Origin: Candidatus Heimdallarchaeum aukensis
GTDB lineage: Archaea; Asgardarchaeota; Heimdallarchaeia; Heimdallarchaeales; Heimdallarchaeaceae
DNA: 64,000 nt
Reading direction: 5' to 3'
Assembly (NCBI GenBank): GCA_021513695.1
Contig: CP084166.1
Span: forward strand, 1,440,001-1,504,000
In this document: positions 27,387-36,574 of the stretch, one piece after another
How positions within the stretch are numbered: position 1 is the first letter of the stretch
Layout: each line of letters opens with the position of its first letter
The notes under the pieces: model-generated
Databases searched by the model: none
Told to the model about the DNA's origin: nothing
What the model saw: the letters and a program-made list of their open reading frames with translations, nothing else
Position numbers and translations under genes: made by a program

Positions 27387-28532
27387 ATGAAAGAAAAAAT
27401 AGAAAGAGTACAACAGGTTCTAAAAAAACATGAAGTAAATAGTTGGATTGTATTCTGTCACCATGGTTACGACATTCACAGTAAATATTTACTAGAAAAA
27501 AACATTACATCAGCCACTTTTATCATGATTAAGCAGGAAAATAAACCCATTGTTATCACCTCTCGAATGGAAGCTATGATGATCAATAATGATGTATATG
27601 ATGTTATAGCCTATAAAACTCGTAACGAATTAATAGAATTATTAAAAAATTCTTTATCTGGTCTCGAAGATGGGAAAAAGATAGCTATAAATTATGTACC
27701 AAAAGATAATTTACTAGATAATTTTTCTATGGATATTCTTCCTGCAGGAACATATGAATTCTTAACTTCGATGAATAATAATATAAATTGGGTTTCAGCT
27801 AAAGATATCATTAGAGATGTCCGCAGTGTCAAAACAAAAAAAGAAATTGAAAATCATAAAATTGCAGCTAAACTAGCTGAAGAGTTAATGGAAGAAGCTG
27901 TAGAGCAGAAAATTAAACCTGGAATGACTGAAAAAGAAATTAAAGCACTCATTGAATACGAATGTAATAAGCGAGGAGGAATAGCCTTTGAAGCAATTGT
28001 AGCTTCTGGTGCAAATTCTGCTATACCTCACCACCATGCTTCTAAAACTAAAATCAAAGAAAATCAAGTTTTATTAATAGATTATGGGGTTTCCTATAAT
28101 TGGTCAAACAGCGATATAACAAGAACTTATTGGATAGGGAGTAATCCTCCTGAAGAAGTCTTAAGAGCTTATGAGGCAGTTGATGCAGCGAAAGAGGCTG
28201 CTTATAAACATATTAAGGCAGGAGTTTTCGCTTCAGAAGTTGAAAATGCGGTAAGAGAAACAATGAAAGAATTTGGCTTCGATCCTGAAAAATATTTTAT
28301 CCATTCTACTGGCCATCCTTTAGGTATAGAAACACACGATATAGGTGTAGGAATATACAAAGCTTCAGAATCAGTAGCTGATAAACCTCTAATAGAAAAT
28401 TCTGTAGTAACCGTTGAACCTGGCCTATATTTCGAAGGAAAATTTGGGATCAGACTAGAAGATGATTGTGTGGTTACAAAAGACGGTAGCATAAGATTAT
28501 CAAATACTCCAAAAGAGATTATTACCCTTTAA
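27387..28532 (+). CDS. M24 family Xaa-Pro peptidase
   Basis: Pita-bread metal-ligand pattern (LLIDYGVSYNWSNSDITRT, HSTGHPLGIETHD, VEPGLY, IRLEDD). Confidence 0.9.
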   Translation: MKEKIERVQQVLKKHEVNSWIVFCHHGYDIHSKYLLEKNITSATFIMIKQENKPIVITSRMEAMMINNDVYDVIAYKTRNELIELLKNSLSGLEDGKKIAINYVPKDNLLDNFSMDILPAGTYEFLTSMNNNINWVSAKDIIRDVRSVKTKKEIENHKIAAKLAEELMEEAVEQKIKPGMTEKEIKALIEYECNKRGGIAFEAIVASGANSAIPHHHASKTKIKENQVLLIDYGVSYNWSNSDITRTYWIGSNPPEEVLRAYEAVDAAKEAAYKHIKAGVFASEVENAVRETMKEFGFDPEKYFIHSTGHPLGIETHDIGVGIYKASESVADKPLIENSVVTVEPGLYFEGKFGIRLEDDCVVTKDGSIRLSNTPKEIITL

Positions 28533-28635
28533 TATCTTTTTTTTACTATTTTAATAATGTAATACCCGCGTGTTTTTAGGATATTATTTTCTTTTAAGGT
28601 TTAATTCACAGTTTCTTATTTTAAGGTGAAACAGT

Positions 28636-29250
28636 TTGTCTTGGAAAACTTGGTTAAAAAGTAAACCCAAACATATTAAACTTGGATTTTATGGGGAAGT
28701 AAATGCCGGGAAGACAACGTTAGCAAATGTTATGGGGATGGATTGGGCAGGACAAGAAGTGGGAAAAGTTTCTGAAATCCCTCACGAAACTAGAGAAATT
28801 GCAAAACTAGAAAAAGTTGATTTTAATGTGGATGGGACAAAAATAGATTTAACTTTAATAGATATGCCAGGTATAGCTACAACAGTTGACCCAAAATCAT
28901 TTGTTAATTATGGATTAAGTGCTGGAGAAGCTATGCAAAGAGCTAAAGAAGCAACAAGAGGAATAGTAGAAGCTATCAAGTATTTAGAGCAAGTTGATGT
29001 TGCACTTGTAGTATTAGATTCTACAAAAACACCATTTGATCAAGTTAATTTTACTATTCTTGGGAACTTAGAACATCAGAAGAAGCCATTTATTATTGTC
29101 CCAAACAAAATAGATTGCCCTGAATCAGATGTAAAAACAGTGCAAGAAGCCTTTGGTGATTATGAAGTTGTACCTATCTCTGCCTTGAAGAAGGAAGGTA
29201 TTGACAAACTCTATGATAGTATTGCAAAATTAGCTAAAAAGGTGAAATAA
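28636..29250 (+). CDS. small P-loop GTPase
   Basis: G1 is GEVNAGKT, G3 DMPG, G4 PNKID and G5 SALK. 204 aa with a TTG start. Confidence 0.8.
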   Translation: MSWKTWLKSKPKHIKLGFYGEVNAGKTTLANVMGMDWAGQEVGKVSEIPHETREIAKLEKVDFNVDGTKIDLTLIDMPGIATTVDPKSFVNYGLSAGEAMQRAKEATRGIVEAIKYLEQVDVALVVLDSTKTPFDQVNFTILGNLEHQKKPFIIVPNKIDCPESDVKTVQEAFGDYEVVPISALKKEGIDKLYDSIAKLAKKVK

Positions 29251-29251
29251 A

Positions 29252-29605
29252 ATGTCTTACAGTGTTGATTTTATTCCAGAAGATGAAACGGGTAGGTTTT
29301 CATTAGTTGAAAAAACCAGATATATTCTCTCTCAAGTCATGCGAAATAAAATTCTTATTTTAGAAAATGCACTCACTCCAGAAGAAGAATTATACTTAAT
29401 CGAGAAAACTATGAATAAGATAGATTATAGTAACTTCGTTGGAATCAAGCTTTTCTCATTTGATTCAGGAGAAGAAAACAGATTCTCAAAAATATTCGGC
29501 AAGTCATCTAAAAAACGGTCTACTTACACTATTGTGGCTCCAAATGATGCAGTTTCTGTTGTAAAAGATGAAAGAGGGATTTTATCAATTAGAATTAATG
29601 TTTAG
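29252..29605 (+). CDS. conserved archaeal small protein coupled to the GTPase (DUF2073-like, unverified)
   Basis: 117 aa, starting 1 nt after the GTPase stop. It has an ILILENALTPEEELYLIEKTMNKID motif that I associate with an archaeal family found next to GTPases. Confidence 0.5.
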   Translation: MSYSVDFIPEDETGRFSLVEKTRYILSQVMRNKILILENALTPEEELYLIEKTMNKIDYSNFVGIKLFSFDSGEENRFSKIFGKSSKKRSTYTIVAPNDAVSVVKDERGILSIRINV

Positions 29606-30100
29606 TAATGATTCAATTTTCTCTTTCATTTTTTTGTATGATTCCTCAATATTCCCATCAGTATTAATTACAGTTACTTTTTCTGGAGAGTATAATTCTA
29701 GCATATCAGTTAAAACTACTTCCATAATTTCTGCTTCTACGTTTTCATCGATTTTTATTTGTTTATAGTCCCTTTCTTTTAAACGTGAGATTAGATTTTT
29801 AATTGAACACTGTAAAACAAAACAATGAAAAAGAAAATCTTTTGGTATTTCGACCAAATGACTGTCTAGCACTAACGGAAATTTACTTGTATTAGATTCT
29901 ATTAGCTTTATGAGTTCTTTTTCCAATTTTTCTTCGTCGACAATTAAAGTATCTAGTTTTTTGTCATAAGTTTCATACAATTCTTTTTCGCGAACGAGAT
30001 TTGTAATATTAACGACAGGATAACCATCACTTTCTAGTTTTTTCGCTAGAGTTGTTTTTCCTGTTCCAGGAGTACCAGTAATAATTATTGCCTTTTTCAA
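29585..30100 (-). CDS. Fap7/adenylate-kinase-isoenzyme-6-like NTPase
   Basis: 171 aa with the P-loop ITGTPGTGKTTLAKKL. The size and layout are typical of archaeal Fap7/AK6. Confidence 0.75.
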   Translation of the reverse strand: MKKAIIITGTPGTGKTTLAKKLESDGYPVVNITNLVREKELYETYDKKLDTLIVDEEKLEKELIKLIESNTSKFPLVLDSHLVEIPKDFLFHCFVLQCSIKNLISRLKERDYKQIKIDENVEAEIMEVVLTDMLELYSPEKVTVINTDGNIEESYKKMKEKIESLLNINSN

Positions 30101-30109
30101 TTTTTTCGC

Positions 30110-30823
30110 CTACTTTAGCATCTCTTCTGATATTTTTGATTCTTTTTTGAGAGCTTTTAATAGTTTTATCTTTTCAAGCTCACCAGTTCTGAATTTTTTA
30201 ATGTTATCAACTTGTCTTGTCATCATAAGAAACGCAATTCCGTACAATATTAAGGCTATTTCCAGTCTACTCATAGAAATCCAAGGCATCAACCACATTT
30301 CTGGTAAAAATAGTGCAAAGGTTGCAACTAATAAAGTAGTAGCTATATACGCAAGCGCAGCATAACCTACAAATATAATAACTATTGGCCATAAAATCAA
30401 CCATACAGCGATCAATGCAGGGTTTACCAATATCATTGTTCCAACAATAACTGTAATTCCTCTTCCGCCATGAGAACCGAGAAATAGTGGCCAATTATGT
30501 CCTACAACTGCAGCTATACCTGCAACTGTAAGAAGAAATTTACCATCAGTTAATCCAACAAAGTTAACAGGATGCTTTATTAAGATATAAGGGATGAAAA
30601 TAGCTAGAAAGGAACGAGAAACATCCAAAAGACCAGCGAATAAAGCCCATTTTAATGAACCTGTAACACGGTATACATTTCTCCCACCTACATTTTTTGA
30701 ACCAATCTTACGTAAATCCTTACCAGTTTTTAATTTTACAATAATCCAGCTAAATGGAATAGAGCCAACAATATAGGCTATAAAAAAAACAAAGACATAA
30801 TCAACTAGATAGCCCATAATCAT
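30110..30823 (-). CDS. plsY: PlsY-family glycerol-3-phosphate acyltransferase homologue
   Basis: Polytopic membrane protein with GSIPFSWII, GSKNVGGRNVYR and GHNWPLFLGSHGGRG motifs corresponding to conserved PlsY motifs. Confidence 0.8.
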   Translation of the reverse strand: MIMGYLVDYVFVFFIAYIVGSIPFSWIIVKLKTGKDLRKIGSKNVGGRNVYRVTGSLKWALFAGLLDVSRSFLAIFIPYILIKHPVNFVGLTDGKFLLTVAGIAAVVGHNWPLFLGSHGGRGITVIVGTMILVNPALIAVWLILWPIVIIFVGYAALAYIATTLLVATFALFLPEMWLMPWISMSRLEIALILYGIAFLMMTRQVDNIKKFRTGELEKIKLLKALKKESKISEEMLK

Positions 30824-30912
30824 TTGTTTTATTTTAGATACTTAAGGTTGTTTATTCTCAAAAGCAATCAAATTTTTAAATTAAAGTTTTTTTATCATTC
30901 TTGTTGATTTTA

Positions 30913-32298
30913 ATGAACATCCAAGAGCATATTTTCAGAGCTTATGATATCAGAGGTCTATTTAATAAAGATCTCACTTCTGGAGTGATGTACAAAATTG
31001 GATTAGCTGCAGGAACTTATACTAAAAAGATCCTTGAAGAACATGAAATTATTGTAGGTAATGATATCAGATACTCTAGCATTCCTTTAGCTTTTGCTTT
31101 TATTTCTGGTGTATTGTCTTCCGGAGTAGATGTCGTCTATGTAGGAACTACGGCTTTCGGACAAACTTTATTCAGAGGATGGGAAAAGAAAAAAGGTCCT
31201 ATTGCTTTTATCACTGCTAGTCATCTTCCTCCTGAATGGAATGGAATCAAATTTTACTATTCTGATGGAGTAGGATTCCCAGAAGAAGAACTAAAAAAAA
31301 TAAGAGACTTTTGTTTAAATAATAATGTTGAACTCGCAAGTTGGGATAAAATTGGAAAACTTTCCCAAGAAGATGCTAAAGAAAACTACTTGGAATTTTT
31401 CAAAAAGAATTTCCAATTTGAAAACAAAGTAAAAGTTGCAGTGGATTGTGGAGGAGCTAGTACAACTCTTTCTGCTCCAGAAATTTTTCAATCAATTGGA
31501 ATTAACTTTGTTCCTGTTTTTTGTGAAACTGATCCTAGTTTTTCAGTAAGGCCTTCCGACCCTAAACCTAAAAATCTTGCTGAGTTGAAAAAAACAGTTA
31601 TAGAACAAAACTGTGACTTTGGAGTGGCTTTTGACGGGGACGGAGATAGAGCTGTTATTGTTGATAATAAGGGAAACGTACTCTCTGCGGATCAAACAGG
31701 TATAATAATCGCAAAATATGGGTTGAAAGAGAAAAAAGGAGTTATAATCGCAAATGTTGAATGTTCAAAAGCAGTAGATGAACAATTGTCTCCTCTTGGA
31801 TATAAAATAAAAAGGATTCCAGTAGGGCATACTTTTTTAACCCTTGAAGCGAAAAAAGAGAATTCACCCCTAGGGATAGAATCATCTGGACACTTAATAT
31901 TACCAGAATATTTCTTATTTGATGATGCTCTCGTAATTCCTCTAAAAGTGGCAGAAATACTCACAAAATCAGATAAGAGCTTGAATGAACTTGTGCAAGA
32001 AATTCCTATTTATCCAATTAAGAAGGAAGAAGTAGAGTGCGAAGACAAAATTAAGTTCGAAGTGATGAAGATTTTCTCAGAAGAGGTTAAGAAAGAATTT
32101 TCAAATGTGTCAACATTAGATGGTGTTAGAATTGAATTAGAAAAAGGTTGGGTGCTTATAAGACCGTCTAATACTAGTCCTATAATCAGACTAACAGCTG
32201 AAGCCGATACAGAAGAAGTCTTGAATGAGATCACCAGTAGTTTTAAAGAAAGGCTAAGCAAAACAATAGAAAAATACATGGAGAAGGCGAGAGCTTGA
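30913..32298 (+). CDS. phosphohexomutase (phosphoglucomutase/phosphomannomutase/GlmM family)
   Basis: It has FRAYDIRG, the active-site TASHLPPEWNG, FDGDGDR and GIESSGH. The ATG is at 30913 within ORF 30901..32298. Confidence 0.9.
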   Translation: MNIQEHIFRAYDIRGLFNKDLTSGVMYKIGLAAGTYTKKILEEHEIIVGNDIRYSSIPLAFAFISGVLSSGVDVVYVGTTAFGQTLFRGWEKKKGPIAFITASHLPPEWNGIKFYYSDGVGFPEEELKKIRDFCLNNNVELASWDKIGKLSQEDAKENYLEFFKKNFQFENKVKVAVDCGGASTTLSAPEIFQSIGINFVPVFCETDPSFSVRPSDPKPKNLAELKKTVIEQNCDFGVAFDGDGDRAVIVDNKGNVLSADQTGIIIAKYGLKEKKGVIIANVECSKAVDEQLSPLGYKIKRIPVGHTFLTLEAKKENSPLGIESSGHLILPEYFLFDDALVIPLKVAEILTKSDKSLNELVQEIPIYPIKKEEVECEDKIKFEVMKIFSEEVKKEFSNVSTLDGVRIELEKGWVLIRPSNTSPIIRLTAEADTEEVLNEITSSFKERLSKTIEKYMEKARA

Positions 32299-32705
32299 AA
32301 AATACTAATTCTTTTTTTTATTGTAAGTATTCTTCTCAATGTTTTGAATGTTGTAAAGAGACAGAAATGGTTCTTTCAAATGAAGATATCCTAAGAATAA
32401 AAAAACTAGGTTATAAAGTTCAAGAATTTGCCTTATATGAAGATGGTTTTTACATATTAAAGAACAAAAATGGATATTGCGTTTTCTTAAAAAATGGTAA
32501 ATGTTCTATTTATAAAAATAGACCGGAAGGATGTAAATATTATCCTTTAATATTCGATGTAGAGAGCAACTCTGTTATTATAGATAAAGACTGCCCCAAG
32601 AAAGAAAAATTCAACTTAAATAATTACTCATATCTAAGAACTAATGTTTTACATTTTGTTCTTAGACTATTTAAAGAAAAAGAAGAAAGAAAAAAAAGAG
32701 AATAG
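32295..32705 (+). CDS. YkgJ-family Cys-cluster (zinc/iron-chelating) protein
   Basis: It has CKYSSQCFECC plus GYCVFLKNGKCSIYKNRPEGCKYYP. The TTG start overlaps the upstream TGA. Confidence 0.6.
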   Translation: MKNTNSFFYCKYSSQCFECCKETEMVLSNEDILRIKKLGYKVQEFALYEDGFYILKNKNGYCVFLKNGKCSIYKNRPEGCKYYPLIFDVESNSVIIDKDCPKKEKFNLNNYSYLRTNVLHFVLRLFKEKEERKKRE

Positions 32706-32732
32706 ATTTAGAATAATATTGTATTTTAGCTA

Positions 32733-33833
32733 TTATTCATCAGTAAACATATTTTCAAATTTCTTTAGAACACCTGGTAAAGTGGTGTATTCCATTTCAC
32801 TTAATGGCAATCTACTAGGTTCAAAAGGTCCATGCGCTCGAATGTAGTCTGCAATTTCATTTACTCTTCTTCTAACATGGTCAAAAGAAACATCATCAAA
32901 CAGATCTACAGGGCCAACAATCTTTCCATTTTTTAATTGGAAACCTAAACTAACTACTCGAGGTGGCCCATCAAATCTGCCATTTTGACTATATTCAAGG
33001 CTTACAGGCATCAATGGTCCTCTGTGACTTCCTCTCATCCATCCTGAAACAAGATGACCAAGTGTAAAAGCTTCAAGTACCTCTCCTACAGCTGGAAAAC
33101 CACTTTGTGATCTCACAATAGCTACCGGATCATCTTTACCAACATATTTTCCAGCAATTAGAGAAAGTTTGTCCGTAGAAACTACTGCAGCTTGTCCTAA
33201 CTGCTCATTTTTTGAGAAAACTGATTTGATTACATAGTGTCCTGGTGCACCGATTAATGCCAATAGATCATACATCTGTTCAGGACAAGAGAGGGTAAGA
33301 TATTTGTTATTGTGTATATCCATTATTTTAAACTTGAATCCATCATGTAACTTTGGATCAATAACTAGTCCAGCTGTATTAAAGGGATTGGCAAAAATAT
33401 TGAAAATAGGGTAGTTGAATGCACCGGGTTCTGTTTTATCCATACCAAAAACAATTATAGGTTCTGCAGGTCTCTCTTCTATCTCCATTTCAGCTACTCC
33501 AGGTCCCATTCCTTTAACATTACCTGAAAAAGTATCAGTAAGAAGATCTTGCCCCGCACCATATAAACCATATTCTCTTGCATCTTGTCCAAGTTCCATA
33601 AAAATATCCCATGCTAATTTGTGTATTTCTTCACTATTCACACCTTTCTCATGTGTCATGAGAAGGTTTGTATCATCTCCTGCATTAAAGACCATAAAGT
33701 CGATAAGCAGTCCATCTTCCTTTGCTTTTTCTAAAAGCTCTTCAGCCTTTTCCATTAAAGGTTCATACACGACTACGTGTCCAGGTGAAGAACCGATATC
33801 TGCTTTAATCAAACTAATTGTTGTTTTGGTCAT
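32733..33833 (-). CDS. fbp: bifunctional fructose-1,6-bisphosphate aldolase/phosphatase (class V FBPase)
   Basis: 366 aa. The N-terminus is MTKTTISLIKADIGSSPGH, and the length and conserved blocks (GMDKTEPGAFN, WMRGSHRGPLMP) match the archaeal FBP aldolase/phosphatase family. Confidence 0.95.
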   Translation of the reverse strand: MTKTTISLIKADIGSSPGHVVVYEPLMEKAEELLEKAKEDGLLIDFMVFNAGDDTNLLMTHEKGVNSEEIHKLAWDIFMELGQDAREYGLYGAGQDLLTDTFSGNVKGMGPGVAEMEIEERPAEPIIVFGMDKTEPGAFNYPIFNIFANPFNTAGLVIDPKLHDGFKFKIMDIHNNKYLTLSCPEQMYDLLALIGAPGHYVIKSVFSKNEQLGQAAVVSTDKLSLIAGKYVGKDDPVAIVRSQSGFPAVGEVLEAFTLGHLVSGWMRGSHRGPLMPVSLEYSQNGRFDGPPRVVSLGFQLKNGKIVGPVDLFDDVSFDHVRRRVNEIADYIRAHGPFEPSRLPLSEMEYTTLPGVLKKFENMFTDE

Positions 33834-33983
33834 ATAATATCACCTTATATTAACAAGTCTTAATATGTATTCGATACCCGTATCGTATATAAACTTTCGC
33901 CAACAACGATGTTTTGCCTAAAAAACGCTAAAACTTGTGAAAAATGGACTTATAAAAAAATTGTGAAAAAAGAAAGAAAAAGT

Positions 33984-34877
33984 TTACAAAAGATCGACAA
34001 GGTCAGAAGACCCACCAACAAAACCGACTTTTTGGTGTAAATAATCCATTTCTGTTAATTTATTAGGTTCTAGGCGAGGAACTGTTTCAAGGGTAAACAT
34101 CTCCTTGTTCTTTGTGATATAGTATCCTTTACCATTGACTTTTGAGAGAATATATAAGTAAGGTAAAATTTCATAGCATAGTCTTAATTTTGGTGAAAAA
34201 TAGGCGAAAACCCCAGTTTTATCAAGTATGTTATTCATATCTTGGACTAGGCACCCTCCATATCTTAGTTTTCCAACCTTCTTAATCTTATTCACAAATT
34301 CTTTTTCTTTTTCTGTAAATTCTTCTTCTTTTCCACCAAAACCATAAACTGGCTTTGAGCTGGGGCTTATTGATAAATCATCTTTCAGTACAAAGAATTC
34401 TCCATCAGCGTGAATAAACTGAATATAACCTGCTTCTGTAGCTAAATCAAATCGTAGAAATAGAGTATAACTTACAGTCATAGCTGCTTGTATATTTCCT
34501 TGTTTGTCTGTGATAAGAATTATTCCTCCTGGTCCTCTTGACCTTACAATTGATGATCCATCAATAAAATCACCCAAAATGATAAATTCTCCTGTTCCTT
34601 CAGTTATATTTTCTGGTGTTGTTTCTTCGCCTAAAAGGAGATAATAGTCCTCTTTTGGTAGTTTTTGTAAGAATAATTCATGGGATGCAACATCCAAGCT
34701 TAGTTGCATATCTCCAGAAACGTTTATTGTTCCAGCATATTCTTTTTCGTCTTTAATAAAACTTAGAATTTGTTTCGGGATCTCTAGAGTCACAACAAGA
34801 ATATCTTTTATTAGTTTTGACAAAGATGAATCTAGATCTGCTAAATATTCATCTAAGGTCGAGTATTTTGTTTTCAT
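33984..34877 (-). CDS. divergent class I fructose-1,6-bisphosphatase-like protein
   Basis: It aligns by eye with E. coli Fbp: NVSGDMQLSLDV with NVQGEVQQKLDL, FIILGDFIDGSSIV with YVVLMDPLDGSSNI, YGGCLVQDMNNIL with YIGSLVADFHRNL, and KLRLCYEILP with KLRLLYECNP. The DP of DPLDGS is replaced by DF. Confidence 0.65.
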   Translation of the reverse strand: MKTKYSTLDEYLADLDSSLSKLIKDILVVTLEIPKQILSFIKDEKEYAGTINVSGDMQLSLDVASHELFLQKLPKEDYYLLLGEETTPENITEGTGEFIILGDFIDGSSIVRSRGPGGIILITDKQGNIQAAMTVSYTLFLRFDLATEAGYIQFIHADGEFFVLKDDLSISPSSKPVYGFGGKEEEFTEKEKEFVNKIKKVGKLRYGGCLVQDMNNILDKTGVFAYFSPKLRLCYEILPYLYILSKVNGKGYYITKNKEMFTLETVPRLEPNKLTEMDYLHQKVGFVGGSSDLVDLL

Positions 34878-34887
34878 TTCAACCCCT

Positions 34888-36057
34888 TCAGTAAGAATCT
34901 ATTAAATCATTTGAGGTGATGTATTGATAACAAAGTTCTGCAGTATTTTCCATTTTTAGAGCCTTAATGAATTTCAGCATCTCTTCCTCAGCTTTTTCGA
35001 TTATTTTTTCTTTTGTTTCTCCTTTTAAATTCTCAATTTTGTTGAAAAATGGTTTCCAAGCCCTTTTCGCATTTGAAGCAAAAACTTTGTGCTCGTCTAC
35101 TCCTTCTTTCATATAGTTCTCAAGTACCCATGCTCGCATCTCTGAATAGAGTTCTGGTTCTTCTTCTTCTAAAACAGAGTAAACTACATTTTGCCAGTGT
35201 GTGCCTATATTTCCTTTGGCTACCGCTCCATGTGGAAATGTTGATTCTATAACATCGATAGGTGTTCCTGTTATTCCATGTTGAGCAATCCTTGTACCAA
35301 ACCCTTCTTCCTTTAGGGCATCAACGATTTCAACTGTTCTTTTCACATTAATTCCCAATTGAGGAATAATGTTTCCTTCTGCGTCAACGTTTACTCCGTG
35401 TTTTGATCCATTTGCGATGGCTAAATAATCTAAAGTTACTCCATGTTCTTTCAAACTTCTAACATAAAAAGTAGCTTCTTCAACTGTTGTATACTCTGTA
35501 ATTCCTATTTCTCCCACTTCACCTTCTAAGCCATAAGCTCTTCCTTTCATCTGTTCTTCTAGAAATTCAAATAATACCAATCCTTTCTTAATAATTTGTT
35601 CTAGTTGTCCCTTTACTTCAGATTGATTTCTGTCAAAAAGGAAAGAGGTATCAATTGCATATCCTGTAAAACCAGCATTTACTCTTGCTTCTATTTCTTT
35701 TTTCACTTGTTCCATTTCTTCATCTGTACCTTTTTTCACTGTAAGATGGTCAGCATGTAACGCATAAGCAAACCATTTTTCTTTTTCTGCTGCGCTTTTA
35801 CATCTATTAGCAAAGAGTTCTGGAGTATAACCTGTGTATCCTCCTGAAATGGACATCTCACTTAATGCTAATTCAAAAATTACAACAGCATTCTTTTTTT
35901 TAGCAGCCCTTAAAACTCCACGAATTACTTCTTCCGTTGCTCTGGGGTTTATTGCAGCTATTATTGAGCAGGTGTTTAATGTTCCTTTTGCAATATAATT
36001 CAAAGGTAGAGGAGATCTTGGATTTTCAAAATAGGTTACTACTTCTTCTTTTGTCAT
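34888..36057 (-). CDS. class II fructose-bisphosphate aldolase family protein
   Basis: ORF 34888..36186, trimmed to the Met at 36057 (MTKEEVVTYF). It has ALHADHL, GLEGEVGEIG and IANGSKHG motifs matching the class II aldolase metal and phosphate sites. Confidence 0.75.
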   Translation of the reverse strand: MTKEEVVTYFENPRSPLPLNYIAKGTLNTCSIIAAINPRATEEVIRGVLRAAKKKNAVVIFELALSEMSISGGYTGYTPELFANRCKSAAEKEKWFAYALHADHLTVKKGTDEEMEQVKKEIEARVNAGFTGYAIDTSFLFDRNQSEVKGQLEQIIKKGLVLFEFLEEQMKGRAYGLEGEVGEIGITEYTTVEEATFYVRSLKEHGVTLDYLAIANGSKHGVNVDAEGNIIPQLGINVKRTVEIVDALKEEGFGTRIAQHGITGTPIDVIESTFPHGAVAKGNIGTHWQNVVYSVLEEEEPELYSEMRAWVLENYMKEGVDEHKVFASNAKRAWKPFFNKIENLKGETKEKIIEKAEEEMLKFIKALKMENTAELCYQYITSNDLIDSY

Positions 36058-36125
36058 TCTGAAGAAAAAAATATCATACCAATAATAACATTTTCGATTA
36101 AAAATGAGAAATTGATGAAGAAAAG

Positions 36126-36437
36126 CTAAACAAAAATTACTTCTTCTCGCACCATTGTTTCTACATTTTGCATTTCTTTTGTCCACTCGTGGTAAAGTTT
36201 AGAGATTTCTTCTTCACTACGTAGAAGTTTATTCAAATCTGTGTAATCTTGTAACCAAAAAATCCAGATAGAAGTAGCTCCTATACCTATTCCTCCACTT
36301 GCAGCAACAATTTCCTTTATCCAAGGAGCTTCATTAACAAGTTCGTGAAACTTCCTAACCTTTTTTGACAATTTGTCGCTTATCTCCTCTGGCCAGTCAA
36401 ACATTACAATATAATATATTCCAGGTTTTTTCGACAT
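36126..36437 (-). CDS. hypothetical small protein
   Basis: 103-aa ORF with normal composition, lying upstream of and co-directional with the aldolase gene. I recognise no motif. Confidence 0.4.
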   Translation of the reverse strand: MSKKPGIYYIVMFDWPEEISDKLSKKVRKFHELVNEAPWIKEIVAASGGIGIGATSIWIFWLQDYTDLNKLLRSEEEISKLYHEWTKEMQNVETMVREEVIFV

Positions 36438-36574
36438 ACTAGCACCTTTTTGTAAATAATATATAAAACGAACTTAAAAAGAATTCGAAATTATAAGGCA
36501 TATTTTTAATATTGGTATATTTTAATCTAATTTCCTTTAGCAAATATTATTAACATTGAAAAAAACGATTCTCA

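Noticed and set aside
29568-29768. 66-aa + strand ORF overlapping the Fap7-like gene
   Set aside because: It is an S/F/I-rich shadow ORF opposite a P-loop NTPase gene with clear motifs.
33415-33837. 140-aa ORF antisense to fbp
   Set aside because: It lies opposite one of the best-supported genes in the window, and its Ser/Pro/Ile-rich composition carries no motif.
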